From contig DATIIV010000006.1 of the NCBI GenBank assembly GCA_035479295.1, positions 1 to 60,787 on the forward strand: 60,787 bases of DNA, given 5' to 3'. The translations under genes and the position numbers were made by a program. The notes beneath the pieces are model-generated. The model saw nothing but the letters and a program-made list of their open reading frames with translations, ran no database searches and was not told the origin of the DNA. This document shows, in pieces, positions 53,340-60,787 of this stretch; within the stretch, counting starts at the first letter, position 1; each line of letters begins with the position of its first letter. Source of the stretch: Candidatus Saccharimonadia bacterium. GTDB lineage: Bacteria > Patescibacteriota > Saccharimonadia > UBA4664.

Positions 53340-53345
53340 TACAAT
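53340..53345 (+). promoter_or_regulatory. -10 box TACAAT, 6 nt before ATG 53352 (leaderless)
   Basis: gcTACAATgagaccATG. Confidence 0.5.
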
Positions 53346-53351
53346 GAGACC

Positions 53352-53945
53352 ATGAAGCGGTTCTTGTTGGGAACGATGGTGGTTAGCATTCTGCTGGTCG
53401 CAGCTGTGGCCGGAGGGTTCTTTGGTTTGGGGTTTTATCTGTCACCCCAAGATCCTCTGGCCAAAACCGACGCCATCGTGGCCATCTCGGGCGGTGAGAC
53501 CGACGCGCGGGTCGATGAGGCGGTGCGGCTCTATCAGGACGGCTGGGCGCCGCGCATTATTTTTTCGGGAGCGGCGCTCGATCCCACCGGCCCATCTAAC
53601 GCCAAGGCCATGGCCGACCGCGCTATAGCGGCCGGGGTGCCGACCGTCGACATTACCCTGGACGAGACCTCGGCCGATACGCGCCAGAATGCCACCAATG
53701 TGGCGGCCATCGTGCATCGCGCCGGTTATCGGTCGATTACGTTAGTGACCTCGCCCTATCATCAGCGCCGCGCCTATATTCTGTTTCAGCGCGTGCTTGG
53801 GCCAAGTTTTGGCATCGTCAATCACTCATCGTACGACCAGGCCTGGCGCCGCTCCGACTGGTGGGCCACAGCTTATAGTCGCAGTTTAACGCTGTCGGAA
53901 TTGCAAAAAGTCCTGTACGAATTAGCGAGCGGGAACAGCCAGTGA
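53352..53945 (+). CDS. YdcF/DUF218 (ElyC/SanA family) protein with N-terminal TM anchor
   Basis: AIVAISGGETDARVDEAVRLYQDGWAPRIIFSG and LVTSPYHQRRA motifs. Confidence 0.8.
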   Translation: MKRFLLGTMVVSILLVAAVAGGFFGLGFYLSPQDPLAKTDAIVAISGGETDARVDEAVRLYQDGWAPRIIFSGAALDPTGPSNAKAMADRAIAAGVPTVDITLDETSADTRQNATNVAAIVHRAGYRSITLVTSPYHQRRAYILFQRVLGPSFGIVNHSSYDQAWRRSDWWATAYSRSLTLSELQKVLYELASGNSQ

Positions 53946-54907
53946 TTATCACCGACATCGTGATTGTGGGCCTGCTCATTTTGGCCGGCTATATGGGGAC
54001 GCGGCGCGGCGTGGTCCTGATTGCGCTGGAGCTGGCCAGCTTTGTGATGGCCACCGTGATTGCGGCGCTGGTCTATCAGCCGTTGGGCGCGGGGTTGCGT
54101 AGCTGGGGCGGCCTCGCGACGCCGCTGGCCAATGTATCGGGCTTTGCCGTAGCCTGGATGGCGGCCGAGGTGTTGAGTGCGCTGCTACTGCGGATGACGG
54201 TGTGGCGGCTGATGGCCCATCGGCTGCAGCCAAGCTGGTTGAGCCAGGTCGGCGGCGCGGCGCTCAATGCGCTTAAAGCGCTTATTTTGATCGCCGCCAG
54301 CCTGATCCTCTTTGCCGGCTTACCGTTCTCGGCCGCCACCAAGCAGCCAGTGACCGATGCGCTGGCAGCCAAGCTGATTCTGAACGCCACCGCCAGTTGG
54401 CAGCAGCAGATCCAGAGCGGCCTCGGCCATGACTTGAACGAGAGCTTGACCGTCTTTACGGTCTCGCCCTCGGCCGAGAGCCAGGAGCGGATCGCGCTGG
54501 GCTTTACCACCACCAGCGGCACGGTGGACGAGGCCGACGAGGCGGCCATGTTGCAACTGGTCAACCACGAGCGGACGCAGCGCGGCCTGGTGGCGGTTAA
54601 GCTTAACGCTAAGGCCCGCGCCGTGGCTCGCACCTACGCCGCCCGCATGCTGGCCGACGGTTACTTTAGCCACATCGATGCCGACGGCCACAGCCCCTTC
54701 GACCGGATGCGGGCGGGCGGCGTGTCATTTGATCTGGCCGGCGAGAACTTGGCGCTGGCGCCCACACTCCAGCTGGCCCATCAGGGCCTAATGAACTCGC
54801 CCGGCCACCGCGCCAATATTCTCGATACCAACTACCGCACGGTCGGCATTGGCATCGTTGACGCTGGGCCCTATGGCCTGATGGTGGTCCAAGACTTCAC
54901 CGACTGA
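53942..54907 (+). CDS. CvpA-family membrane domain fused to a CAP/SCP (YkwD-like) domain
   Basis: The N-terminal 4 TM segments resemble CvpA. The C-terminus has NHERTQRGL...YFSHIDADGHSPFDR...GENLA...MNSPGHRANIL, typical of the CAP domain. GTGA overlap with the upstream stop. Confidence 0.75.
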   Translation: MIITDIVIVGLLILAGYMGTRRGVVLIALELASFVMATVIAALVYQPLGAGLRSWGGLATPLANVSGFAVAWMAAEVLSALLLRMTVWRLMAHRLQPSWLSQVGGAALNALKALILIAASLILFAGLPFSAATKQPVTDALAAKLILNATASWQQQIQSGLGHDLNESLTVFTVSPSAESQERIALGFTTTSGTVDEADEAAMLQLVNHERTQRGLVAVKLNAKARAVARTYAARMLADGYFSHIDADGHSPFDRMRAGGVSFDLAGENLALAPTLQLAHQGLMNSPGHRANILDTNYRTVGIGIVDAGPYGLMVVQDFTD

Positions 54908-54933
54908 TCTCGTCACGGAGTGTCTAGATACGC

Positions 54934-54963
54934 TTGACACGGACCCGACACCGAATCTATCAT
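54934..54963 (+). promoter_or_regulatory. promoter TTGACA-18 nt-TATCAT for the two-gene module
   Basis: TTGACAcggacccgacaccgaatcTATCAT, then GGAGGGAG SD and ATG 54987. Confidence 0.5.
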
Positions 54964-54986
54964 GGGGAAAGAACGGAGGGAGCGTC

Positions 54987-55607
54987 ATGTCAGCCATTAA
55001 TACTGGTACAGCCGAGGGTTTGCTCCAGCTCATCCGCCAGTTTACCCAGCAAGGCCACATCACGGTCGGTGCGGGCAAGGCCCTGGAGATCGCTGTTACA
55101 AAGGTGCTTTCAACTGTAGATGGCGACGCTTGGCTGAGCCAAAATGTGCGAATCATTAACGTTGATAAGTATATGATTATGTTTCGCAATAAGACCCAAG
55201 GCACGTATACGGCCGACAGCCTACGCGCCTACGCCTCTCGTGTCCGGCGGGCACTGGCTTGGTACGACAACTTTTTGCGTGATCCCACGTGGACCCCGCC
55301 TCCAGGCAAAGCCCGGCGTGTCAGCAAGGTCGCCAATCCGGGCAAGACCAAGACACAGACGGCCAACGCGGCCGTCCGGCAGTCGCCCTTGAAGGTCCCT
55401 GCTTGGCTAGCCTCTTCGCCGCCCCGGGCCGCTATTCGCGACGATCAGCCAGGGTCGGCGGCGACTGTCGAGCTCGTATCGTATGTCTTTCCCTTACGGC
55501 CCAATCAATTGGTGACGCTGCATCTGCCGCTGCAGATCACGGCTCACGAGGCGCAACGCCTAGCTCGATTCGTGGACAGTCTGGCTATTGACGAAGAGCG
55601 GATCTAG
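54987..55607 (+). CDS. hypothetical protein (206 aa), partner of the NYN protein
   Basis: Good SD. Helical N-terminal domain, a Pro/basic linker, and the C-terminal motif YVFPLRPNQLVTLHLPLQITAHEAQRLARFVDSLA. No family assigned. Confidence 0.65.
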   Translation: MSAINTGTAEGLLQLIRQFTQQGHITVGAGKALEIAVTKVLSTVDGDAWLSQNVRIINVDKYMIMFRNKTQGTYTADSLRAYASRVRRALAWYDNFLRDPTWTPPPGKARRVSKVANPGKTKTQTANAAVRQSPLKVPAWLASSPPRAAIRDDQPGSAATVELVSYVFPLRPNQLVTLHLPLQITAHEAQRLARFVDSLAIDEERI

Positions 55608-55613
55608 CGAGAC

Positions 55614-56096
55614 ATGGCTCGTGTATATGCCTTCATCGACAGCCAGAACTTGAACCTGGGCGTGCGAGCGCATGGGTGGCAGCTTGATTTTCGCAAGTTC
55701 CGTCAGTATCTACGTGACAAGCATGACGTTGGTAAAGCCTATCTGTTCATCGGCTATCAGCCGGGTAACGAAGCGCTCTATACGGCGCTCCAATCGTATG
55801 GCTATATTCTGGTCTTTAAGCCAACCATGCAGTTGCCGGATGGAACCGTAAAAGGCAATGTGGACGCAGAGCTCGTGCTCCATGCCATGATCGAATTTCC
55901 GGTTTATGACCAGGCCATCATCGTTTCGGGCGATGGCGACTTCTATTGCTTGGCCGAATATCTCGATACCAAAGGCAAATTATTGCGGATACTGGCGCCG
56001 TCTCGGCGTTACTCTACCTTGCTCCGTAAGTATGCCACTCGCGTGGTTCAAGTGGGGCGGCTCCGGGGCAGCCTGGAATATAAACAAAAAAAGTGA
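55614..56096 (+). CDS. NYN domain (LabA/DUF88-like) predicted RNase
   Basis: VYAFIDSQNLNL, GNVDAELVL and IIVSGDGDFYCL match the NYN acidic-residue motifs. Starts 6 nt after the upstream stop. Confidence 0.8.
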   Translation: MARVYAFIDSQNLNLGVRAHGWQLDFRKFRQYLRDKHDVGKAYLFIGYQPGNEALYTALQSYGYILVFKPTMQLPDGTVKGNVDAELVLHAMIEFPVYDQAIIVSGDGDFYCLAEYLDTKGKLLRILAPSRRYSTLLRKYATRVVQVGRLRGSLEYKQKK

Positions 56097-56184
56097 GCAG
56101 GATCGGCGGTCGGACGAATCCTTAGGCGTACCTGCTCATCGTGATGGTATCACTATATAGTATGTTGTGTAAGGCGTCAATTAT

Positions 56185-57249
56185 ATGAAAACAGTTTACG
56201 TTGGCATGAGTGGAGGCGTTGACTCCTCGGTGGCCGCAGCCTTGTTGGCGCGCGGCGGCTATCGCGTGGTGGGCGTGTACATGAAGAACTGGACGCAAGA
56301 CGTGGCCGGCGTGGCCTGCCCGTGGCGGCAAGATCTGGCCGATGCGCGCGCGGCGGCGGCCGTCTTGGACATTCCGTTTAAGGTCTTTGATTTTCAGGCC
56401 GAGTACAAGCAGCATGTGGTCGATGCCATGGTGGCCGAGTACGAGGCCGGACGCACACCCAATCCAGATGTGATGTGCAATCAGGAGATCAAGTTTAAGC
56501 TGTTTCTGCAGGCGGCCCTGGCCGATGGCGCCGACCTGGTGGCGACGGGGCATTATGCGCGGACGGCGGGTGGGCAGCTACTGACCGCACGCGATACCGC
56601 TAAGGACCAGACCTACTTTTTGTATCGCGTGACGCGTGCCGCACTGGAGCAAACGCTGTTTCCGCTGGGGGAGCTTACGAAGCCCGAGGTGCGAGCGCTG
56701 GCGGCCGAGTTTGGTCTACCCACAGCCGATAAACCCGACTCGCAAGGCATCTGTTTTGTGGGCGAGGTCGGCATTAAAGAGTTTTTGCGGCAATACGTGG
56801 TGGCCGAGCCGGGGCCAGTAGTTGACGTAGCCGGCCGGACGCTGGGCCAGCATGACGGGGCGCTGTTTTACACCATTGGTCAGCGCCATGGCCTCGGTAT
56901 CGGCGGCGGTAAGCCATTTTACGTTACCGGCAAGAATATCACTACCAACACCGTCTACGTCACCGCCGATCCGGCCGACCTGGCGCTGGAGTCGGCCGAC
57001 CTGACGCTGGAGCAACCACACTGGATCGGCGGCAAGGCGCCGGCGGCCGGCCCGGGCTATCAGCTGCGGGCGCGCTACCGGGCCGATATGATCGGCGCCG
57101 AGTTGATGCCGGCCGGCCACCACTGGCACGTGCGCTTGGCTCGCCCCGAGCGCGCCATTTCTCCGGGCCAGTCGGCCGTGATCTACCGCGGCGATGAGGT
57201 GCTGGGCGGCGGCATCATCGCAGCCGCGGCCGCCCTCGATAATCGTTAA
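56185..57249 (+). CDS. mnmA: tRNA 2-thiouridine(34) synthase
   Basis: VGMSGGVDSSVAA PP-loop, NPDVMCN, KDQTYFL and DSQGICF motifs. Confidence 0.93.
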   Translation: MKTVYVGMSGGVDSSVAAALLARGGYRVVGVYMKNWTQDVAGVACPWRQDLADARAAAAVLDIPFKVFDFQAEYKQHVVDAMVAEYEAGRTPNPDVMCNQEIKFKLFLQAALADGADLVATGHYARTAGGQLLTARDTAKDQTYFLYRVTRAALEQTLFPLGELTKPEVRALAAEFGLPTADKPDSQGICFVGEVGIKEFLRQYVVAEPGPVVDVAGRTLGQHDGALFYTIGQRHGLGIGGGKPFYVTGKNITTNTVYVTADPADLALESADLTLEQPHWIGGKAPAAGPGYQLRARYRADMIGAELMPAGHHWHVRLARPERAISPGQSAVIYRGDEVLGGGIIAAAAALDNR

Positions 57250-57323
57250 TAAAACCAGTTGCGGGCGCGAAACCAGGGCCACTTGTGGCGGCCCCGGCTT
57301 CGCGCCCAGTCGGCATGGATGAG

Positions 57324-58154
57324 CTAGGCTCGAACCGACGCTATGCGCGGCATCATGCAGTTATCGAACACCGGCTCGTCTAGCTTTTGCAGGCCAACCC
57401 TTAGCTCCAGAGGCCCGTCATTATCGGGTAGCTCTAGCCGCAGGTAGGGCATCATGGACTGATTCTCGGGCCCATTGACCTCAAGAGCTCCGAGATAGAT
57501 GGTGGCCGGTAGGTCGGGTAGGCGACCGGCTCCGTCTGGATCCCACATCATCAAGGCCATCATTTCCACCCCGGCCAGTACCCAGCGTTGCCCGATAGCT
57601 ATCTCGCGCAGCCGGCGGGGAGTAACGCTTTCATCCTCTGTGCAGAGCTCATGAAAGGGCGGCCACATCACAATTTGCCTGCGCTGGACCGTATTGGGTG
57701 GCCAGTCACGCCGTAGCGCCCCTTGCTTGCTCTGACCTGCGATGGGGTAGAGCCGCATGCTCTGCAAGTGACTGGGTTTTGACCCATTGGCCTCGCCAAT
57801 GAATCCCCGAAATACCATTGGATGACGTCGGCGCCGCTCGGCGATCAGCGGGTAATGGCGAACCCAGAAAGGTCGACCAAGCAGCCCCGCGTACATACAG
57901 AAGGACGACAATGGCCCCTCGTCGTATAACACCATGAGGTCGCCCTCACCAAGGCGGCCTCGTCCTTGTTTGACGATGGAGAGGCTGGCGAATGCCTCGG
58001 GGGGTATATTTAGCTTCCATTCCGCAGTGAGATCGCTAAGCACGGTTCGCTGGGCTTCGAGAAAAGCCGACTCCTGCTGGTCGGGCCGGCGGGGTGTGCC
58101 GCCTTGATGCTTTTCTGCCGAATCATCATCGAGCGTAGTCACGATGGGGGTCAC
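57324..58154 (-). CDS. hypothetical protein (276 aa), distant paralogue of the 37333 gene
   Basis: GTG start. The C-terminal block aligns with the pgk/tpiA insert protein (see the 37333 feature). Confidence 0.6.
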   Translation of the reverse strand: MTPIVTTLDDDSAEKHQGGTPRRPDQQESAFLEAQRTVLSDLTAEWKLNIPPEAFASLSIVKQGRGRLGEGDLMVLYDEGPLSSFCMYAGLLGRPFWVRHYPLIAERRRRHPMVFRGFIGEANGSKPSHLQSMRLYPIAGQSKQGALRRDWPPNTVQRRQIVMWPPFHELCTEDESVTPRRLREIAIGQRWVLAGVEMMALMMWDPDGAGRLPDLPATIYLGALEVNGPENQSMMPYLRLELPDNDGPLELRVGLQKLDEPVFDNCMMPRIASVRA

Positions 58155-58220
58155 GTCTTTCTGACGTTTGAGGTAACGAAAGAGCCTTGGGGAAAGGCTT
58201 TGCGCAAGAGGCGCTTCAGT

Positions 58221-58249
58221 TTTATACCGCCTTTGCTCCGGCGCGTCAA
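58221..58249 (-). promoter_or_regulatory. promoter TTGACG-17 nt-TATAAA (minus strand) for the 57324 gene
   Basis: The reverse complement reads TTGACGcgccggagcaaaggcggTATAAA. Confidence 0.45.
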
Positions 58250-58270
58250 CGCCGCATCATTGCGCTACGG

Positions 58271-58299
58271 TTGGCATTTGCTCGGGGGCGTAGTAGAAT
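58271..58299 (+). promoter_or_regulatory. promoter TTGGCA-17 nt-TAGAAT for the 58372 gene
   Basis: TTGGCAtttgctcgggggcgtagTAGAAT. Divergent from the previous promoter. Confidence 0.45.
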
Positions 58300-58371
58300 A
58301 AGCCCGCCCGAACAGCCTAGGCCGACGTGGCCGAGATTGTCCTTATGCCAACGCAAATAGGAGGGGACTCC

Positions 58372-58728
58372 ATGTCTGGCAAGCCGGACCTGGCACCTGA
58401 TGTGCGCGCGATCCTCGACGCCATTCGCCGAGATTTCGTGGTCAAGTCGATTCCTGAACGAACGCTCACGCCAGGAGGTTTGAGTGGGCCGCCTGGCGTG
58501 AGCCAGCGTCTCTTTGGTCGTCTACTGGACGCGCTCATGATCTGTATCAAGCATGAGCTGGCGTATCAGCCGCGCCGGACCGTACCCATCCAGACCGCCG
58601 CGGAGTGGGCGGCCTACCGCCAAGCTGCAGCGCAGGTTGGTCAGGTGGCTGCTGGCGAGCTGGCAGCGGCGATTCTGGCTCGGCGGCTAACGCTCGAGGA
58701 CGTCCGCGCCTTTCTGACCTATTCCTAG
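58372..58728 (+). CDS. hypothetical protein (118 aa)
   Basis: Track ORF 58327..58728, trimmed to ATG 58372 after AGGAGGGG. Confidence 0.55.
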   Translation: MSGKPDLAPDVRAILDAIRRDFVVKSIPERTLTPGGLSGPPGVSQRLFGRLLDALMICIKHELAYQPRRTVPIQTAAEWAAYRQAAAQVGQVAAGELAAAILARRLTLEDVRAFLTYS

Positions 58729-58836
58729 CCTGTCACCGGGGTGCTCTCTGCGGGTTGCGCTGCCGGTCGTGCTGTTTTTGGCGCGTAATCTCCGGCGGCG
58801 CAGCCTGCAATTTTCGCGCTAATCTCAGAATTGATT

Positions 58837-58842
58837 TACAAT
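58837..58842 (+). promoter_or_regulatory. -10 box TACAAT, 7 nt before the alaS ATG (leaderless)
   Basis: gatTTACAATataccccATG. Confidence 0.5.
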
Positions 58843-58849
58843 ATACCCC

Positions 58850-60736
58850 ATGACTACCCAAGACATCCGCTCCGCCTACCTCAAATTCTTTGCCGACCGC
58901 GGCCACGTGGTGATTCCGCGCGCCAATCTGGTGCCCAAAGAAGACGCTACGACCTTGTTTACCGGTTCTGGCATGCAGCCGCTGGTGCCGTATTTATTGG
59001 GCGCCGAGCATCCCGCTGGTACCCGTTTAGTCGACTCTCAGGCGTGCTTTCGAGCTGAAGACTTCGACGAGGTGGGCGACAACCGCCACACCACCTTCTT
59101 TGAGATGCTCGGCAACTGGGGTCTCGGCGAATACTTTAAGGCCGAGCAGCTGCCTTGGTTCTTTGAGTTTCTGACCGAGGTCGTGGGCCTAGATCCGCAC
59201 AAGCTCTATGTCACGGCCTTTATTGGCGAAAAAGCCTACGACATCCCGCAAGACACCGAATCGGTTGAGCTATGGCAGAAGTTATTTAAGCAAAAAGGTA
59301 TCGAGCCCAAGGTGGCTGAGGTTGGCTCCGAGGCTGATGGGTACAAGCGCGGTGTCAAGGCCGGCGAGCGTATCTTCTTGTACGAGTCCAAGAAAAACTG
59401 GTGGAACCGAGGCGAGAAAGGCCCGGCCACGACCCCGGTGGGTGATCCGTGTGGTCCGTGCGCCGAGGTTTTCTACCTGTTCGATCACGTTGAGCACGAT
59501 CCAAAATGGGGCGAGCACTGCCACCCCAACTGCGACTGCGGCCGCTATATGGAGATTGGCAACTCGGTCTTTATGCAGTATCGCAAGCGCGAGGACGGCG
59601 GTCTAGACGCGCTACCTAAACCCAACGTTGATTTTGGTGGCGGCCTCGAGCGCATTGCGGCAGCCGTTGAGGGTAGCGGCGATATGTTCCGGATCAGCCT
59701 GCTCTGGCCCCTCATTGAAGAGCTCGAGAAGCTGTCGCACAAGCAGTACGCCGACCACGCCGAATCGATGCGGGTGATCGCTGATCACTTGAAGGCGGCC
59801 GTATTCTTGGCGGTCGATGGCGTGGTGCCGTCTAATACTGCCCAGGGCTACGTGATGCGGCGGTTTATTCGTCGAGCCCTGGTAAAGGCACATGATCTGG
59901 GCCTCAAAGATAACTTTGTCGATAAACTCGTGCCAGTGATCACTGATCTCTACCGCGATGCTGTACCTGAGATTGTTGAGCATAATTCCGAAGTTATTAG
60001 AATTCTCGTGGGAGAGGAGAAGCAGTTCCGAGTAACGCTGGAACGTGGCGTACGCGAGCTTGAAAAGCGGTCTCAGGACGGCCTGGATGGTCAGCAGATC
60101 TTTGTGCTGTTCGACACCTATGGTTTTCCAGCCGAGTTGACGCTCGATCAGGCCGAGGAAAAAGGCATCAAAGTGGCTGAGGATTGGCAAACCGACTTCG
60201 ACAAGCTCATGGCCGAGCAAAAAGACCGCTCCCGCACTGCCACCGCTGGCCAGTTTAAGGGCGGCCTCATGGACCACTCCGAGCAGGTGGTAAAGTATCA
60301 CACTGCCACGCACCTCATGTACAAGGCGCTGCGCATCGTGTTGGGCGACCACGTGATTCAGCGCGGCAGCAACATTACGCCCGAGCGGCTGCGGTTCGAC
60401 TTTAGCCACCCCGACAAGATGACGCCGGAGCAGATCGCCGAGGTCGAGCGCATCGTCAACGAGCAGATCGATAAGGACTGGCCGATGGGCTTCCGTGAGG
60501 AAAAGACGGCCGATGTGCTGGGTAAGGTGCTGGGCGCCTTTGGCGATCGTTACGGCGATATGGTCAAGATTTACACCGTGGGCGACCCCGACGGCGTGAA
60601 CTACTCGCGCGAGATCTGCGGCGGCCCGCACGTGGAGCACACCGGCGTCCTGGCCGAGGGCGGTAAGCGCTTTAAGATCAAAAAAGAGGAGTCGAGCTCG
60701 GCCGGCGTGCGGCGAATTAAGGCGGTGTTGGAGTAG
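58850..60736 (+). CDS. alaS: alanine--tRNA ligase, C-terminally truncated form (628 aa)
   Basis: N-terminus IRSAYLKFFADRGH...LFTGSGMQP. Editing-domain motifs HTATHLM and CGGPHV. Ends shortly after GVRRIKAV, so no C-Ala domain. A GC hairpin (CCCCGCgcaatGCGGGG) follows at the window edge. Confidence 0.92.
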   Translation: MTTQDIRSAYLKFFADRGHVVIPRANLVPKEDATTLFTGSGMQPLVPYLLGAEHPAGTRLVDSQACFRAEDFDEVGDNRHTTFFEMLGNWGLGEYFKAEQLPWFFEFLTEVVGLDPHKLYVTAFIGEKAYDIPQDTESVELWQKLFKQKGIEPKVAEVGSEADGYKRGVKAGERIFLYESKKNWWNRGEKGPATTPVGDPCGPCAEVFYLFDHVEHDPKWGEHCHPNCDCGRYMEIGNSVFMQYRKREDGGLDALPKPNVDFGGGLERIAAAVEGSGDMFRISLLWPLIEELEKLSHKQYADHAESMRVIADHLKAAVFLAVDGVVPSNTAQGYVMRRFIRRALVKAHDLGLKDNFVDKLVPVITDLYRDAVPEIVEHNSEVIRILVGEEKQFRVTLERGVRELEKRSQDGLDGQQIFVLFDTYGFPAELTLDQAEEKGIKVAEDWQTDFDKLMAEQKDRSRTATAGQFKGGLMDHSEQVVKYHTATHLMYKALRIVLGDHVIQRGSNITPERLRFDFSHPDKMTPEQIAEVERIVNEQIDKDWPMGFREEKTADVLGKVLGAFGDRYGDMVKIYTVGDPDGVNYSREICGGPHVEHTGVLAEGGKRFKIKKEESSSAGVRRIKAVLE

Positions 60737-60787
60737 CGCGAATAGCTAGTCAATAAACGTTCAGTGGCCGCCCCGCGCAATGCGGGG

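Noticed and set aside
59612-60640. 342-aa minus-strand ORF inside alaS. Similar cases are 56122..56553 and 56716..57282 inside mnmA, 29474..30106 opposite the secreted protein gene, and 51395..52042.
   Set aside because: These are shadow ORFs of well-supported genes. 51395..52042 spans a terminator region and a real gene in another frame, and it translates to Arg/Pro-rich low-complexity sequence.
1-60787. A scan for CRISPR arrays, rRNA genes, additional tRNAs, integrases, prophage genes and known defence-system signature genes.
   Set aside because: I found no regularly spaced direct repeats and no rRNA-like conserved blocks. Only one full tRNA cloverleaf is present, plus one fragment. No recombinase, RT, Cas or restriction-modification motifs appear in any credible ORF.

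Overview
This is a densely coding, high-GC (about 60% by eye) bacterial chromosomal segment. I saw no rRNA, CRISPR array, reverse transcriptase or intact mobile element.

**Backbone.** Housekeeping genes are pyk, pgk, tpiA, pcrA/uvrD, rsmA(ksgA), metG, a HIT protein, tatD, a NifS/IscS-type cysteine desulfurase, mnmA, a short alaS and one tRNA-Glu(UUC).

**Other content.**
- A glycan/cell-envelope locus of about 12.5 kb (16.9-29.4 kb) holds a flippase, four glycosyltransferases, a pyruvyl transferase and two large GT-C-like membrane proteins. Its GC content is visibly mosaic.
- A sensor histidine kinase of about 1420 aa carries 12 extracellular NHL repeats.
- A compositionally atypical lower-GC block (about 10.6-16.6 kb) contains a short UvrA paralogue, a YbaK-like deacylase, an AAA/DUF4143 ATPase and an APH-like kinase. 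It ends at the tRNA.
- One decayed DDE transposase fragment is present.

**Lineage.** The RpfB-like/ksgA/metG/tatD neighbourhood and the many TAnAAT boxes 6-7 nt from start codons (leaderless design) look Actinobacteria-like. The C-terminally truncated AlaRS and tight packing suggest a reduced genome, perhaps CPR/Saccharibacteria-like. The lineage cannot be settled from sequence alone.

**Most unusual observations.**
1. A five-gene array sits between pyk and pgk. It is built from repeated promoter, gene and hairpin cassettes that encode three divergent paralogues flanked by two related lipoproteins.
2. A self-contained promoter, two-ORF and hairpin unit lies between pcrA and the RpfB-like gene. 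It encodes two paralogous proteins with a nine-cysteine signature.
3. In the NHL kinase, the canonical H-box is separated from the ATPase domain by a membrane hairpin. The helix next to the ATPase domain has no histidine.
4. Several lineage-specific cassettes interrupt normally adjacent housekeeping genes. One splits pgk from tpiA and has a distant paralogue near mnmA. Another is an unknown-protein plus NYN-nuclease pair.

All functional calls rest on motif recognition by eye. No searches were run.
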